Below are positions 25,489-37,313 of a stretch of DNA of 64,000 nt, in pieces; the first letter of the stretch is position 1; every line of letters starts with the position of its first letter. The stretch covers positions 8,184,001 through 8,248,000 of the forward strand of contig NC_083238.1 of the NCBI RefSeq assembly GCF_032191835.1, read 5' to 3'. A model generated the notes under the pieces. It was not told where the DNA came from and made no database searches. It saw nothing but the letters and a program-made list of their open reading frames with translations. The position numbers and the translations under genes are program-made. Origin of the DNA: Heteronotia binoei. Its lineage: Eukaryota.

Positions 25489-27013
25489 ATGGCACCCAAA
25501 AAAGGGCAGGGCAAATCAAAGGGCAAACAGCCCGCCCGCCCACCCCATGGGCGGGGCCAGCAACAGCCCCCGGTGGAAGAACAGGTTGAAAGTGAGCAGG
25601 TGCGGCTGGCCATTATGGGCCAGCTGGATGCCCTAGAGCAGGAGAGAGTCGCTAGGGGCGCTCCCATTTGGGAGGGACGCCGCCGGGCCTCAGGCCGGTC
25701 GGCAAGGCTGACCTTTAAAACAGAAGTGCTCGCACGTCTTTCTGCTTTACAGGGTGGGGCAGCTGAGACCGAAACACCACTGGAACCGGACCAGGAGGAG
25801 GATCCGGAGGAGGGCCCATCGGGTGTGGCACCGGGCGGCGGTGCACCTGGCAGCAGTGAGCTTCGCACCCCGGGTGGCGCCGGGGTCTTCACGGGTGACG
25901 GTGGTAAGCCCCTTTTTCAGCCAAGTCATGGGTGGCTGTGGGGCCCCATTCAACCTCCTCCCCCCCAGCCGGTGCAGGGTGGGACATTTTGGGGTGTGGG
26001 GCAGCTAGGAGTCAGTGAGCAGTTGGGTCCTGTCCAGCTGTGGGCTTGGGGTTTTCACACACCTAGCCCGCTGCCCAACTTGGTCATTCCTCCAGTTGGC
26101 AGGCAGGCAAGCGCCATCGCGCCACCTGCTGTTTCTACCCCCCCCGTCCACACCTGACATTTTGCTGTGGGGTGGTCAGCAGTTTGCTCAGCTTCAGGGG
26201 GCTTGGCCAGTGGCTCAGGGTAGTGGGTGGTTTTACCCCCCTAACCCTTATGCCAGCATTCCCTTTCATGTTCTCCTATATGGGGATACCTCCTTACCCC
26301 TGGGTGACCATTTGACAGTCGCTAAGCGGGAGAAAATTCTCCGCGGTGAATACGTGGACGTCTTCAGTCTCCTATTCAGAGAGCTCGAAAAGAAGAATAA
26401 GGACGAGCTTCATGATAAGGAGAAGGAGAAACTGAAGAGGAGAAAAGTGGATAGATCTTGGGCGAATTGGTTGCCGGGATTTTTTATCTATGCCGGAGTC
26501 ATTGCAAGAGCGCAGCCGGCTAGGGCGGCCGCCCTCTTTCAATATATAGACATTGTATATCGGGCGTACACGGACTTCGCCGGTGCAGCATGGCTGCAAT
26601 ATGACGAAGCTTTCTGGATGAGGGCCGCAGTTAATCCTGGAATGCCGTGGGACCAAATAAACCAGCAGCTGTGGTTGCAGCTGATGTCCCCAGCGAAACC
26701 AAATGCTGGGGACAGGTCCGATAGCGGCCATTTAGTGCTGAGGGTGCAACAACAACAACAGTCTTCTACAGGGGCCCGCGTCACCGCGGGCCAGTCAGTT
26801 CAAACCCAGTTGCTTTGCTGGGAGTTCGCATCCAAGGGTGTGTGTCCCAGGAAGCCCTGTAGGTTCCGGCATGAGTGCCCTCTCTGCGGCGGACCCCACG
26901 CACTGTTGGCCTGTAGCAGATCTAAGTTTAGGCTGGGCAGCAAGCGCCCTGGGGGCGGTCAGAACCCCCCTGGTAAAGGGGCCCAGCCCCATCCGCCTGA
27001 CGGCTCTCAATAA
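25489..27013 (+). pseudogene. gag: Ngaro gag (one frameshift near the C8 run at 26138-26145)
   Basis: ATG in gggATGg context (MAPKKGQG). ORFs 25438-26157 and 26015-27013 join on removal of one C. Motifs NWLPGFFIYAG, WLQYDEAF and zinc finger CWEF...C....CRFRHECPLCGGPH. Confidence 0.85.
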
Positions 27014-28559
27014 GTGGTTACGCTTATACCCGTGCACGGCCGATGCTCGGTATTTGCGTGACGGGTTTAGCTTAGGTTTTCGGATTCCCTATCAGGGGCC
27101 TAGGGCCCCCTTTTTGGCTCCTAATTTGTGTTCTGTTGTTGGGCTCGAGCACGTGGTCTGGGAAAAAATAGCCAAAGAATGTCTGGAAGCACCACCGGTT
27201 CCCACGTTGAGGGTATCGCCCTTGGGGGTGGTTCCCAAGAAGGTTGTGGGTGAATATCGCATTATTCACCACCGTCGTACCCTAGGGGAGCATCGGTAAA
27301 CGACGCTATTCCCGAGGAATTATGCTCGGTGCGTTATACCTCCTTTGACCAGGTGGTCAAAGTGGTGCGGTCCTGCGGGATTGGGGCAGAGATGGCGAAG
27401 TGCGACATTAAGTCAGCTTTTCGCCTCTTGCCTGTTCACCCCGGGGACTTTGAGCTACTGGGTTTTTGCTTTGAGGAAAAATTTTATATGGACTGGGCTT
27501 TGCTGATGGGTTGCTCGATTTCTTGCGCGGCGTTTGAGCGCTTCAGTTCCTTTTTGGAATGGGCGCTCAGGCACAAGACCGGGGTCAATGCTACGGCGCA
27601 CTACCTGGACGACTACCTTTTTGTCGGTCCAGCGGGATCTGAGCAATGCGCCAAGTTGCTGAACGCATTTCAGGAATTAGCCCTCGAACTCGGGGTGCCC
27701 TTGGCACACGAGAAGACTGAGGGGCCAAGCACGGTCCTCACTTTTTTAGGCATTGAGCTTGACACTTTGCAACAAACGTCACGTTTGCCGGAGGCCAAGG
27801 TCGCCGACCTGAAGGCCCGGCTGGCCACTTTGAAGGGGCAGCGGAAGGTTTCGCTGCTGGAACTACAGCAGGTTGTGGGCCACCTTAACTTTGCCTGCAA
27901 AGTGGTGGCCCCAGGTAGGGCTTTTTGTAGGCGCTTTTGTGACGCTATGGGCCGGCTGCGCCTCCCCCATCACAGGGCCCGCGTTACTTCTGGAATGCGA
28001 GCAGACTTGGAGGTCTGGGAGGATTTTTTGGAATCTTTCAATAGCGTTTCTTTCTGGAGGGAGGATCTGAAGGTAGAAGCAAAGCTTCAGATTTCTTCTG
28101 ACGCCTCCGGTGCCAACGGTTTTGGTGTATTTTTTAGAGGACATTGGTGCGCGGAGCAATGGCCCGCGGAATGGTTGGATAGCGGGCTCTGTAGGGACCT
28201 GACGTTTTTGGAATTTTTTCCCATCCTGGTGGCCGTTTGGCTCTGGGGGGAGCAGCTAGCCAACCATTCGGTCCTCTTTTGGTGCGATAACTTGGCGGTC
28301 GTCCATGTTATCAATTCTTTATCTTCTAAATCTGTGTTGGTTATGAATTTGGTTAGGTCTTTCACCCTGCGTTGCCTCCAGTTGAATATTTTATTCCTGG
28401 CTAGGCACGTACCTGGGGTATGTAACAGGGTGGCGGATGCTCTGTCTCGCCAACAGATGGAGCGTTTTTGAGAACTGGCCCCAGAAGCAGATCCTTGGCC
28501 AGCGAAAATGCCAGAGGAACTGTGGCGTCTTGAGAAAAGGAAGCCGGTAGGGCCATTCA
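26970..28559 (+). pseudogene. Ngaro reverse transcriptase/RNase H (small deletion, 1-nt frameshift near 27273, internal TGA at 28469)
   Basis: VSPLGVVPKK, IIHH/LSYP..SVND, KCDIKSAFRLLP, MGCSISC..FE, HYLDDYL, FLGIELDT; RNase H SDASGANGFG, LEFFPI, WCDNLAVV, NRVADALSR. Confidence 0.9.
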
Positions 28560-28560
28560 G

Positions 28561-29436
28561 TTGGCACTAGCTCCTAGCACCAGGAAGGCGTACGACAGAG
28601 CGTCCATTCAGTTTCGGGAGTTCAGAAGTGCGGCGGCACTGCCTGACCTTTGGCCGTTCCCTGTGGAGCACATTATGCATTTCTGTGTGCACCAAAAGGA
28701 AAGAGGCCTGGGGCTGAAATCCATTCGGGGCCAACTTGCAGCATTGGCTTTTGCTAGCAAGGCCCGTGGTTTCCCAGAATATACTAGCGATTTTAGGGTT
28801 AGAAAAATGCTCGAGGGTTGGGCCCGGGAGCGTGCCCAGCGGGTTGATGATAGGCAACCTATATCCCCGTCTGTCCTTCGTGGGTTGTTTGGGGGTTGGC
28901 CCTGTGTTTGTTCCTCCCCCTTTGAAGCAGCATTGTTTCATGCTGCCTCACTGTTGGCCTTTTTTGGGGCCTTGCGTGTAAGCGAGCTGGTAGTTCAGTC
29001 CAAGGCTGATACTTCTGGGAGGGCGCTCCAATCCAAGGGTATCAAAATTGCTAACAGTCAGCTTGTTCTGACAATTCGCCGGTCCAAGACTGACCAAAGG
29101 CAGAGGGGATCCGTCATCACGATCGGTATGTGCTCCATTCAGGACTTATGTCCGGTCAGGGCTGTCCGGCGTTACATTCGCGTTAGAGGGAATGTTGAAG
29201 GCCCCTTTTTAAGACATGCCGACGGCTCCCCTCTCACCAAATATCAATTTTGGAAGGTCACAAGTAGGGCTCTGGCCAGGTTGGGTTTACAAGGCTTCAA
29301 ATTTGGAACACATTCCTTTAGGATTGGGGCGGCCTCCACAGCCGCTTCTATGGGTTACACGCCCTCTGCCATTCAGCATATAGGCCGATGGCGGTCGTCG
29401 GCTTACAAAACGTATGTTCGCCCTTTGGTCACCTAG
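28561..29436 (+). CDS. Tyrosine recombinase, open frame with catalytic R-K-H-R-Y residues
   Basis: LAPSTRKAY, FFGALRVSEL (R), RSKTDQ (K), HSFRIGAAS (HxxR), GRWRSSAYKTY (W, Y); 291 aa without stops. Confidence 0.92.
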   Translation: MALAPSTRKAYDRASIQFREFRSAAALPDLWPFPVEHIMHFCVHQKERGLGLKSIRGQLAALAFASKARGFPEYTSDFRVRKMLEGWARERAQRVDDRQPISPSVLRGLFGGWPCVCSSPFEAALFHAASLLAFFGALRVSELVVQSKADTSGRALQSKGIKIANSQLVLTIRRSKTDQRQRGSVITIGMCSIQDLCPVRAVRRYIRVRGNVEGPFLRHADGSPLTKYQFWKVTSRALARLGLQGFKFGTHSFRIGAASTAASMGYTPSAIQHIGRWRSSAYKTYVRPLVT

Positions 29437-29504
29437 ATGTAGGTGGGGGGCCTGGTGGGGTTGTATTGTTGTTACCGTATGTTGACAGTTGTTTGTCTTT
29501 TCAG

Positions 29505-30100
29505 GTGCTGGTGCTCGTGGTGAGAGACGTCGCGTTCTCATCTGCGGGCACAGCATGGTTTTCTGGGCTGCCCATTTCACCAGACGGTCTTCAGTGGGCA
29601 CCCAGCTTGGCCTCAGTGCGTGGGCCACTGTGGATTGGCTGGGTCGTCGGGGGCTGCGCTGGCCCGGTATCATGCCCCTGCTTTTCAGGGAATGGAAGGC
29701 AGCACCTCCACACATTCTTGTCATCCATTTGGGTGGGAACGACTTGGGGCTGCTGCATGGGAAAGCTCTCTCCCAGCAGGCCTTGGCCAACCTCCGGGAA
29801 ATTCGGCGGAGGTGGCCTGGGGTTATCTTGGTTTGGTCGGCAATTTTGCCGCGTAGAGTGTGGAGGCATACCATTTCACCGGGCGGTGTGGAACGAGCCA
29901 GGCGTAAAGCCAATCGGGCTATTCAGAAAGCTATGGAGGGGGGACTAGGAATCTTTCTCCCACATCCGGCCATACGGGTCGAGCAAGTTGACTTGTATCG
30001 GCCGGATGGTGTTCACCTTTCTGATTTGGGTAACCGGGCCTTTTTAGACGAAATTCGGCAGGGGGTGCGGTTGGCTCTGGGCCAACCGTTGGGGCGCTAA
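29505..30100 (+). CDS. SGNH/GDSL hydrolase (esterase-like) domain, probably a spliced exon
   Basis: Block I VLICGHS, block III VIHLGGND, block V DGVH; open to TAA at 30100. First ATG follows the catalytic Ser; polypyrimidine-AG acceptor at 29503-29504. Confidence 0.88.
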
Positions 30101-30129
30101 TGCCAAAGCAGAGGCTTGGCATTGGCGGT

Positions 30130-30530
30130 GGCTAGAGGAGGTTGGCCACAGGGTTTTCCAGGGGAGCACCTATGGCCTAGCACCGTTGGTGCGGTGGTCT
30201 GTATGAACCGTAGATGGGCTACACGGCTCAGTGCGGGGATTGCAGATCACAGGGAGCCTCACCTGGGCGGATCTTTCCACGGGGATTGATGCCGGCTTGG
30301 ATGGTGGTGGCTCGAGGCCTGGCTGCTCAGCTACAACCCGAATTTGGCGGGCTTGTGCTGGGGGCAGGGTGGCTCGCCCTTTGGACAAGGCGGGGTCTGG
30401 GGTTGACTCCAGGGCTTGTCTGGTCAGGTTTTCACCCCTCCTGCCAGTTACAGTTATTTAATGTTTTAATAAAGTGGCCCGGTTTTAAACCCAACACTTG
30501 TGTCTGCTTCTTCATTCCGACTGGGGGGGC
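30130..30530 (+). repeat. Split direct repeat B1 (copy B2 at 30880-31280)
   Basis: Both copies 401 bp, about 10 substitutions by hand alignment. Confidence 0.95.
30468..30473 (+). terminator. Polyadenylation signal in repeat B1 (second copy at 31218-31223)
   Basis: AATAAA followed by CA and a GT/T-rich stretch (TTGTGTCTGCTTCTTC). Confidence 0.6.
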
Positions 30531-31280
30531 AAGGTCCGGCCCTTACCCAGCCGAGCCTGCTTGCAGGTATTGAGGTTGGGGCTGTCTTTGCCCCTCCCGG
30601 AAGGAGGGAGGCGCAGCATCACCCGATATACGGGTGTTTGCTGGGGCGGGGAATCGGGGCTTTATAAGCCTCGGTTCCTGCCCTCCTGCCATGCAGTTTG
30701 TTTGACTCTCTGCCCACCCACCCTCCCTTTGGCAGTACAGGCGTTTGCCGGTCGCCTTTTTTAGGGGCCAGGTAGGAATTTTTTTGCTTCCACACAATTG
30801 GCTTCTGTGGGAGTGTTTTTCACCTACCTTGTACTGCCTTGTAGGTTAGGAGTTGTTAGCGGTAGTTGTCTTGGTCGCAGGCTAGAGGAGGTTGGCCACA
30901 GGGTTTTCCAGGGGAGCACCTATGGCCTAGCACCGTTGGTGCGGTGGTCTGTATGAACCGTAGATGGGCTACACGGCTCAGTGCGGGGATTGCAGATCAC
31001 AGGGAGCCTCACCTGGGCGGATCTTTCCACAGGGATTGATGCCGGCTCGGATGGTGGTGGCTCGAGGCCTGGCCGCTCAGCTTCAACCTGAATTCGGCGG
31101 GCTTGTGCTGGGGGCAGGGTGGCTCGCCCTTTGGACAAGGCGGGGTCCGGGGTTGACCCCAGGGCTTGTCTGGTCAGGTTTTCACCCCTCCTGCCAGTTA
31201 CAGTTATTTAATGTTTTAATAAAGCGGCCCGGTTTTAAACCCAACACTTGTGTCTGCTTCTTCATTCCGACTGTGGGGGC

Positions 31281-32010
31281 AAAGCCTGCAAGTACTGCTA
31301 TGTGTATCCCCTGGGTGTAGGATCTCATTCATTCATGGCTTGCACTAGGGCTAACTTCCAAGAGGGATCTAAATGTTTAGCAGGAGGAAGTGCCAACCAG
31401 CCTTCTGGTAAAGGAGTCCAGACCAATAAAACTGAAAGCACTTGAGAGCTTGCTTTGAATTTACCCCCAAAGTGGTGGTCAATTATATTTGTTACAGGGT
31501 TTCATTTTTAGTTTGAGGATTACTTTTCAGGGCCCTAAGTCCACATTGACTTAAGATCAGTCAAAGCTTGGAACATGTGGTTAGAGAAAAAACAGCCAAG
31601 GAACAGCAGGAAGGAAGGCTATCTTGGGCCCCTTTGCTTCCCCTTCAGTTCCTAACCTCCATGTCTCTCCACTTGGTCTGGTGCTTAAGAAGGCCCTCGG
31701 GGAGTAGATTAATTCACCATCTTTCATACCCTTCTTGGGGGGTGGGAGGTGTCAGTGAATGACCATATTCCTAATCAACTATGTTCTGTGAGTTATGCTT
31801 CCTTTGACTGAGCTGTATGTGCAGTATGATGCTGTGGAGTGGGAGCTGAAATGATGAAGTGTGACACCCAAAAGTGAAAAGGAGGGGTCTGGGGTAACCC
31901 CGGCTTGCCCCATTTTGCATTGGTTGTCCTTTCTTACTTGTACCATGCAAATAATTAATAAAGTGGCCCTTTAGTTATCCCAGCTTTGTTGTCTGTCTCT
32001 CTTCTGACTA
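31281..32010 (+). mobile_element. Older Ngaro-like element, right part (zinc-finger end, RT start, B-repeat end)
   Basis: KACKYCYVYPLGVGSHSFMAC...PSGKGVQT; then GYLGPF..P...LHVSPLGLVLKK...RLIHHLSYP..SVND across frameshifts; ends with AATAAAGTGGCCCTTTAGTTATCCC like the other B repeats. Confidence 0.8.
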
Positions 32011-32760
32011 TTCAGTGTTCACAGAATAGTCTCTGTTCATGTAATTGGGAACACTGATTAAAAAAAAAATCCTTATCAAAGTAATGGCACAGTTTCCTTG
32101 TGTATTGGTACCATGTTCATGTTCTGGAAGCTTCATTAAGGCAGGACAAGGCCAGTACGCTCAGGACGGGCCAGATCCAGGGCCAAGGTCAGTACTAACA
32201 TCCCCAGTCCTGGTCTATACACATTATCTTTCCCTGTATACATTTTCTGAAGAGGGCTAATGTGAACAGTGGAGGAAGATACAGATTGGAATATGCCATG
32301 TGTATTCACATACCTGGATTGGTTGAAAACATACATATTGATATTTTTAAAATATATATATATATTCACATGGCACACCCGGTAAGTTTAAGATGATGTC
32401 ATTAAAGCAATAAAATCAGCTGCACAGGAGAAGCTGCACATTAAATAAAGCTAATGATAAAGAGGGAGATAATAGGGGGAGCAGCACTTTTCAATTTTAA
32501 GAGGCTGATGAAATTTCTTTTTGAAGTTTTTCTTTTTTGCCTTGTAAAACCTTTATTTTCATTTTTATATTTCAAGGTATATTAGTCAATGCAAGATAAA
32601 CATATTGCCAGACTGGGATATTGAAAAGATGCATGTGTATGAAATCTTAAACAGCTTACCAGGGTTATACAGACATGGTTCTTTAGATATTAAATAAAAA
32701 CAATTCTCTAAATCGCCCTGAGCCTGCCTTGGCAGGGAGGGCGGGGTATAAATAAAAACA

Positions 32761-32787
32761 TTATTATTATTATTGTTGTTGTTGTTG

Positions 32788-32845
<58 letters not shown>
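32761..32845. repeat. (ATT)n/(GTT)n microsatellite at an L2-type tail
   Basis: Direct reading; preceded by ccctgagcc...gggcggggtataaata. Confidence 0.95.
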
Positions 32846-32847
<2 letters not shown>

Positions 32848-33833
32848 CTACAGAAAAGTGCACGCTGTATGAAAATGCTCCCTAACAACCTATAAAAAGC
32901 CAAATGTGTCATGTTGAGGGCAAGTAACTAGCTTCATTTTATTAAAAAAAAGAGATGGGTAAATTCCATTCTGAGCATGGGCAGTTGAAGCAGATCTTGG
33001 CATTCAGGTATTGGTAGTAAAAATGAATAGATACATCTTCAAGTTGAAGAGTGACACTTGGCTTCCAGCTAAATTCAAGACACAAGGAAGGACCAAAGGA
33101 AGGCCAGAAGGGGGAAAGTCCTCAGCACAGGCTTCTCAAGCCATCAGCAACAGGAACAGCAGTAAATGTCAAGACCAGCAAATAGTTAGAATCTGAGAAC
33201 AATAGTATCTGGTACCAGCCAAAACAGGAGTCTGGAGTGTAGGAAGCAACCACACAAGACACATGTCCTGGGAGAACTGCTCAGCTTGCAAGCCAGCAGT
33301 CTTTATTTTTATAGGATTTTGGTCTCAGATTTTGTCATCACAATCACAAGACTCGCACAAGAGCTGCCCTGAGTCCGCTTGCGGAGAGGGCGGGATATAA
33401 ATGCAAAGTAATAAATAAATAAATAATAAACAAGGGACATGCAAAACATTTACCGAAATACCGAAATCTACCATGGCAATTATCCAGAAATAACTTGTCT
33501 CAAGGCGACAGACGTAAGAACATCTCTGTTTCCCCACATTTGAGAAAGTCCCTGCTGACCTTTGTCTGGGTAGGAGACTCGTGATCTTCCCACCCATCTG
33601 GTGGTTGCAGGGTCAAAAAATCATGTAACTGCTCTCTGTAACTGGGGCAAAGTATCAAGTCTCTACTGCATGATGGGTAAGTGCAATGTGTTACTGGTTT
33701 GAGGGTCCCTGTTCATGGTGTATGGTACTATGTTTAATGTTTAATGTAACCTTGTCTTTTGTATAATGGAATTTGAATGATGTTGTTAGCTGCCCTGAGC
33801 CTGCTCCGGCGGGGAGGGCGGGATATAAATAAA

Positions 33834-33834
<1 letters not shown>

Positions 33835-33909
<75 letters not shown>

Positions 33910-33910
33910 C
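33835..33910. repeat. (TATC)n microsatellite at an L2-type tail
   Basis: Direct reading. Confidence 0.95.
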
Positions 33911-34835
33911 TACACTGGAGTATAGTAATCCTCTGAGAGCATAGTTCACCTTATTGAATATTCATCTATTCAGAATATAGTCCAGGGTATTTTGATGGTC
34001 ATTTAATTCGATGGGTTTAGGCATATAGGAGGTAGTTCAAATGGAAATATCAGTACATGTATAGGATATACTGCATGTGTACACATGAGTAACAAAATGC
34101 GATCTGAATGATCCTGTCTTTTCATGATCCTCTCTTTCATGGTATTATAGAGGAACTGAATATCTCTTACTGGTTATTCATCCACAGAAGCCTTTCTGTC
34201 CTTGAGCAGTAGGCCAGGTAGCCTCTGCTGCATGACTCATTCGAGGAAAGGTCAGCCAGAGGGGTTTTCCAAAATCATTTTTGATCCTTTGGGTCTATAC
34301 TATAAACCTGCTACAAAACAACTATTGATTACAACGTCTTTGCAACATCCTGTCTAGATTCCCATTAGCACCTTATAAAAGTGAGCTACTTTCTGTCAAC
34401 TGCATTACTCATTTCCCCAAAGACGTAAGCATGGAAAATTCAGTGTCATTGAGTACACTGGTGTGTTGCAATGTCAAAGTCGTTCCACATGAAAAGCAGC
34501 AAAAGGAGAATATCAAGCTCATTTATTTTGTAGGTTATGAGTATTTAGTATTTAAATATAAATATTTAATAAGGACTGTGCATAGAAATATTCAGGTTTG
34601 GTTCAGTTAATTTTGTTCATTTAATATTTTGTTCAGATTCATTATATCACATATTCTGGCTCATTAATCAGTTTTATAAACATTAGTTTAAATATGATTT
34701 CCCTAACCAAGGTGGGAAGAAATTCATAGGGGCTACACCTGTCACATGATTCCCCAAATTTCAGATAGATAAAGTGTTGCAATCCCATTGTAAAACCATT
34801 GAAAGGTATAACACGTTTCTATATCTAAGTTTGAG

Positions 34836-35385
34836 GGAGCCGTTTGGTGTAGTGGTTAAGTGCACGGACTCTTATCTGGAAGAAGTGGGGTTGATTCCCC
34901 ACTCCTCCACATTCAATTGCTGGAGTGACCTTGGGTCAATCATAACTCTCTCAGAGCTGTTCTCAGCCAGTTTGGTGTAGTGGTTAAGTGCGTGAACTCT
35001 TATCTGGGAGAACTGGGTTTGATTCCCCACTCCTCCACTTGCACCTGCTGGAATGGCCTTGGGTTAGCCATAGTTCTGGCAGAGGTTGTCCTTGAAAGGA
35101 CAGCTGCTGTGAGAATCCTCTCAGCCCCACCCACCTTGCAGGGTGTTTGTTGTGGGGGAGGAAGATAAAGGAGATTGTGAGCTGCTCTGAGTGGAGGGCG
35201 GAATATAAATCCAATGTCTTCTTCTTCTGCCTAGGAGCAGTTCTTGGAGAGCTCTCTCAGCACCACCTACCTCACAGGGTAGTGGGGATGGGATGTGAAA
35301 GGAGATGGTAAGCAGCTCTGAAACTCCTTTGGATGGTAAAGGGCGGGGTATAAATCCAACCGCCTCCTCCTCCTCTCTTCCATCT
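34836..35385 (+). mobile_element. Cluster of Squam3-like SINE pieces (truncated head, full copy about 34966-35230, extra 3' part)
   Basis: Heads TTTGGTGTAGTGGTTAAG...GGTTTGATTCCCCACTCCTCCAC twice; (TCT)n tail; second 3' segment. Confidence 0.85.
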
Positions 35386-37313
35386 AGTTCGAGTGAAAAT
35401 CTCAAGATTTGTAGCCCTCGTACATGGGATCATTCCTAACTCTATCATATAAGCCATTAACCTTCTCCCTTGCAAGTTACATGGAAACGCAGGTCCTCTT
35501 CACTTGTTGTTTGTCTTTAGCCATCCCTTCTCCAGCTGGCAGGCTCTGGAAGGTTGGCTGAGGAAGCAAAGGTAGATTGGGGAGAGGTCTCCCCATAGTT
35601 TCAGCTGGGGCTCTGCTGGGCTGAGCCAGACAGCCCAGCAGAGCCCACAAAACAGCTGATCCTGCAGAGAGAGGCTTTGTTGGGGCTTTGCTGGACTGTC
35701 TAGCGTCAACCAGACAGCTCAGCAGACCCTGCAAAACAGCCTTCCCTTCACTTCCCTGTGAAACCTCTGTGGGAACGGAATATTTCTGCCTTCTCTGTGG
35801 GAAGGCAGGTGGGATGCCTGGGGAAGCCAAGGCTTGGAGGGAAGGCAGTTTAAATTGCCTTCCCTTGGCTTGCCCAGTTGCCCTGCAGACACAGGGCACC
35901 TGGGGAAGTTAATCCTGGGAGTGGAGGCAGTTCAATCTGCCTTCCCTTGGGGCGCCTGAGGAAACTGATCCTGGGAGGTGGGTGGACTGGTGAAGGATGG
36001 CCATTTAAACTCTGCTGAATCTTCCCTTCCCAGCCACCCAGCTGCTTCCACTGGTCAATTACACTCCCAAGCTGATCAGTGGGGAGTGAAACTAACCAGA
36101 GGTAGGGTAGCAGGGGAAGGGAAGGCATCAGTTCCATTATACTCTATGGGGATCTTTCTCATAGAGTATAATGGGACCAAATATATTTGGCAATACTGAT
36201 TTTTCCCCAAACCCCAATATCATATGGCTATTGGGATTCAGGAATATCAGTATATACCTATATTTTTCAGGCTTGATTTACCCAAACCCCCAAAATACTG
36301 TTTATGTGTTTGTGCACAACCCTAATTAATAATATTAGTCGCTACCTAAGTACTACATACTGCTTCTGGAGATGCAATATTGTATATCCTTGTGCTGCAA
36401 AGAAAAGCAATTTGTCAAAATATATAATTTAGGTTCTCACCCAAAATGATGAAGCTCCATATAATTCACTTGCCTTTGTTGGTCTGAAATTCATATAAAT
36501 CTGACTCTCCCTCCCCCATTTTTTAACATTTCTAATATTCAGTCCAAGTTACTGATATTACTTCACTTCCAGGGTCACATTGTTAGAAGCATCTTCTCTG
36601 GAAACAAATCTAAAATGGAGGTCTTTAGAATATAGCATTAAAATAAATGCCCCAAACCCGTATAGTCAATGCTGACAGCTCTTCTGTGTTAATTGCAGCA
36701 GGAGCAGCTTCTTCCCCTCCACTTCTGGAATAAGTGATGAGCTGTTTAAAATACTGCATTTCCATTTAGGAAAATTTATTGCACAGTAAGTACTGAACAT
36801 TTGGCCACAGCATTTTCACTTTGGGTTCGCCTAATGAGCCTATAATCATTGTCTTTTTGCTGAGGATTTTTATTCCAACAGGGTTGCTTTGACATTCACA
36901 CAGGCATTTATGGTTTTAGGAGGTGAAGCCCTGAAACAAAGAGGAACGGGTGACCATAACGATAATTTTTTTTGGCTACAAACACCTGTTGGTGGAAGTC
37001 AGCAAATGCTACATCAACCAAATCCAGAAGGTGGTCCCAGCTGTTGTGTGGAGTGATTGTGGCCTCTCTGAACTAGAGATTTAGAGGAGGACATGCTGTA
37101 ATAAATGCAAGCATTCATTTTGCAAAAGGCATCATTGCAAAAGCTGTTAAGCCTTTATATTGTGACACGGGGTACATATATTTTTTTAAATGTTAGAAAT
37201 TATTTTAAGTAGCAAATATATTTACCATGAAGTGGTAGGCAGCACTGTGAGCACCAAGTATTTAAAATGAGATGCTCACCAGAATTCAAAGTTATGAACT
37301 GTAGCTGTGTCTC

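Larger units (their letters stand above)
24409..31280 (+). mobile_element. Ngaro-type tyrosine-recombinase (DIRS order) retrotransposon, near full length
   Basis: Split direct repeats A1 24409-24591, B1 30130-30530, A2 30531-30712, B2 30880-31280; gag, RT/RNase H, YR and SGNH hydrolase ORFs; no methyltransferase ORF and no TSD. Confidence 0.95.

Noticed and set aside
29287-29913. 208-aa antisense ORF over YR/hydrolase, and other antisense ORFs in the GC-rich Ngaro and Gypsy regions (e.g. 19889-20389, 25401-25892)
   Set aside because: No recognisable motifs; expected as shadow ORFs opposite GC-rich coding sequence.
32586-32912. 108-aa minus-strand ORF with a long poly-Asn tract
   Set aside because: It is the (ATT)n microsatellite tail of an L2-type element read in frame.
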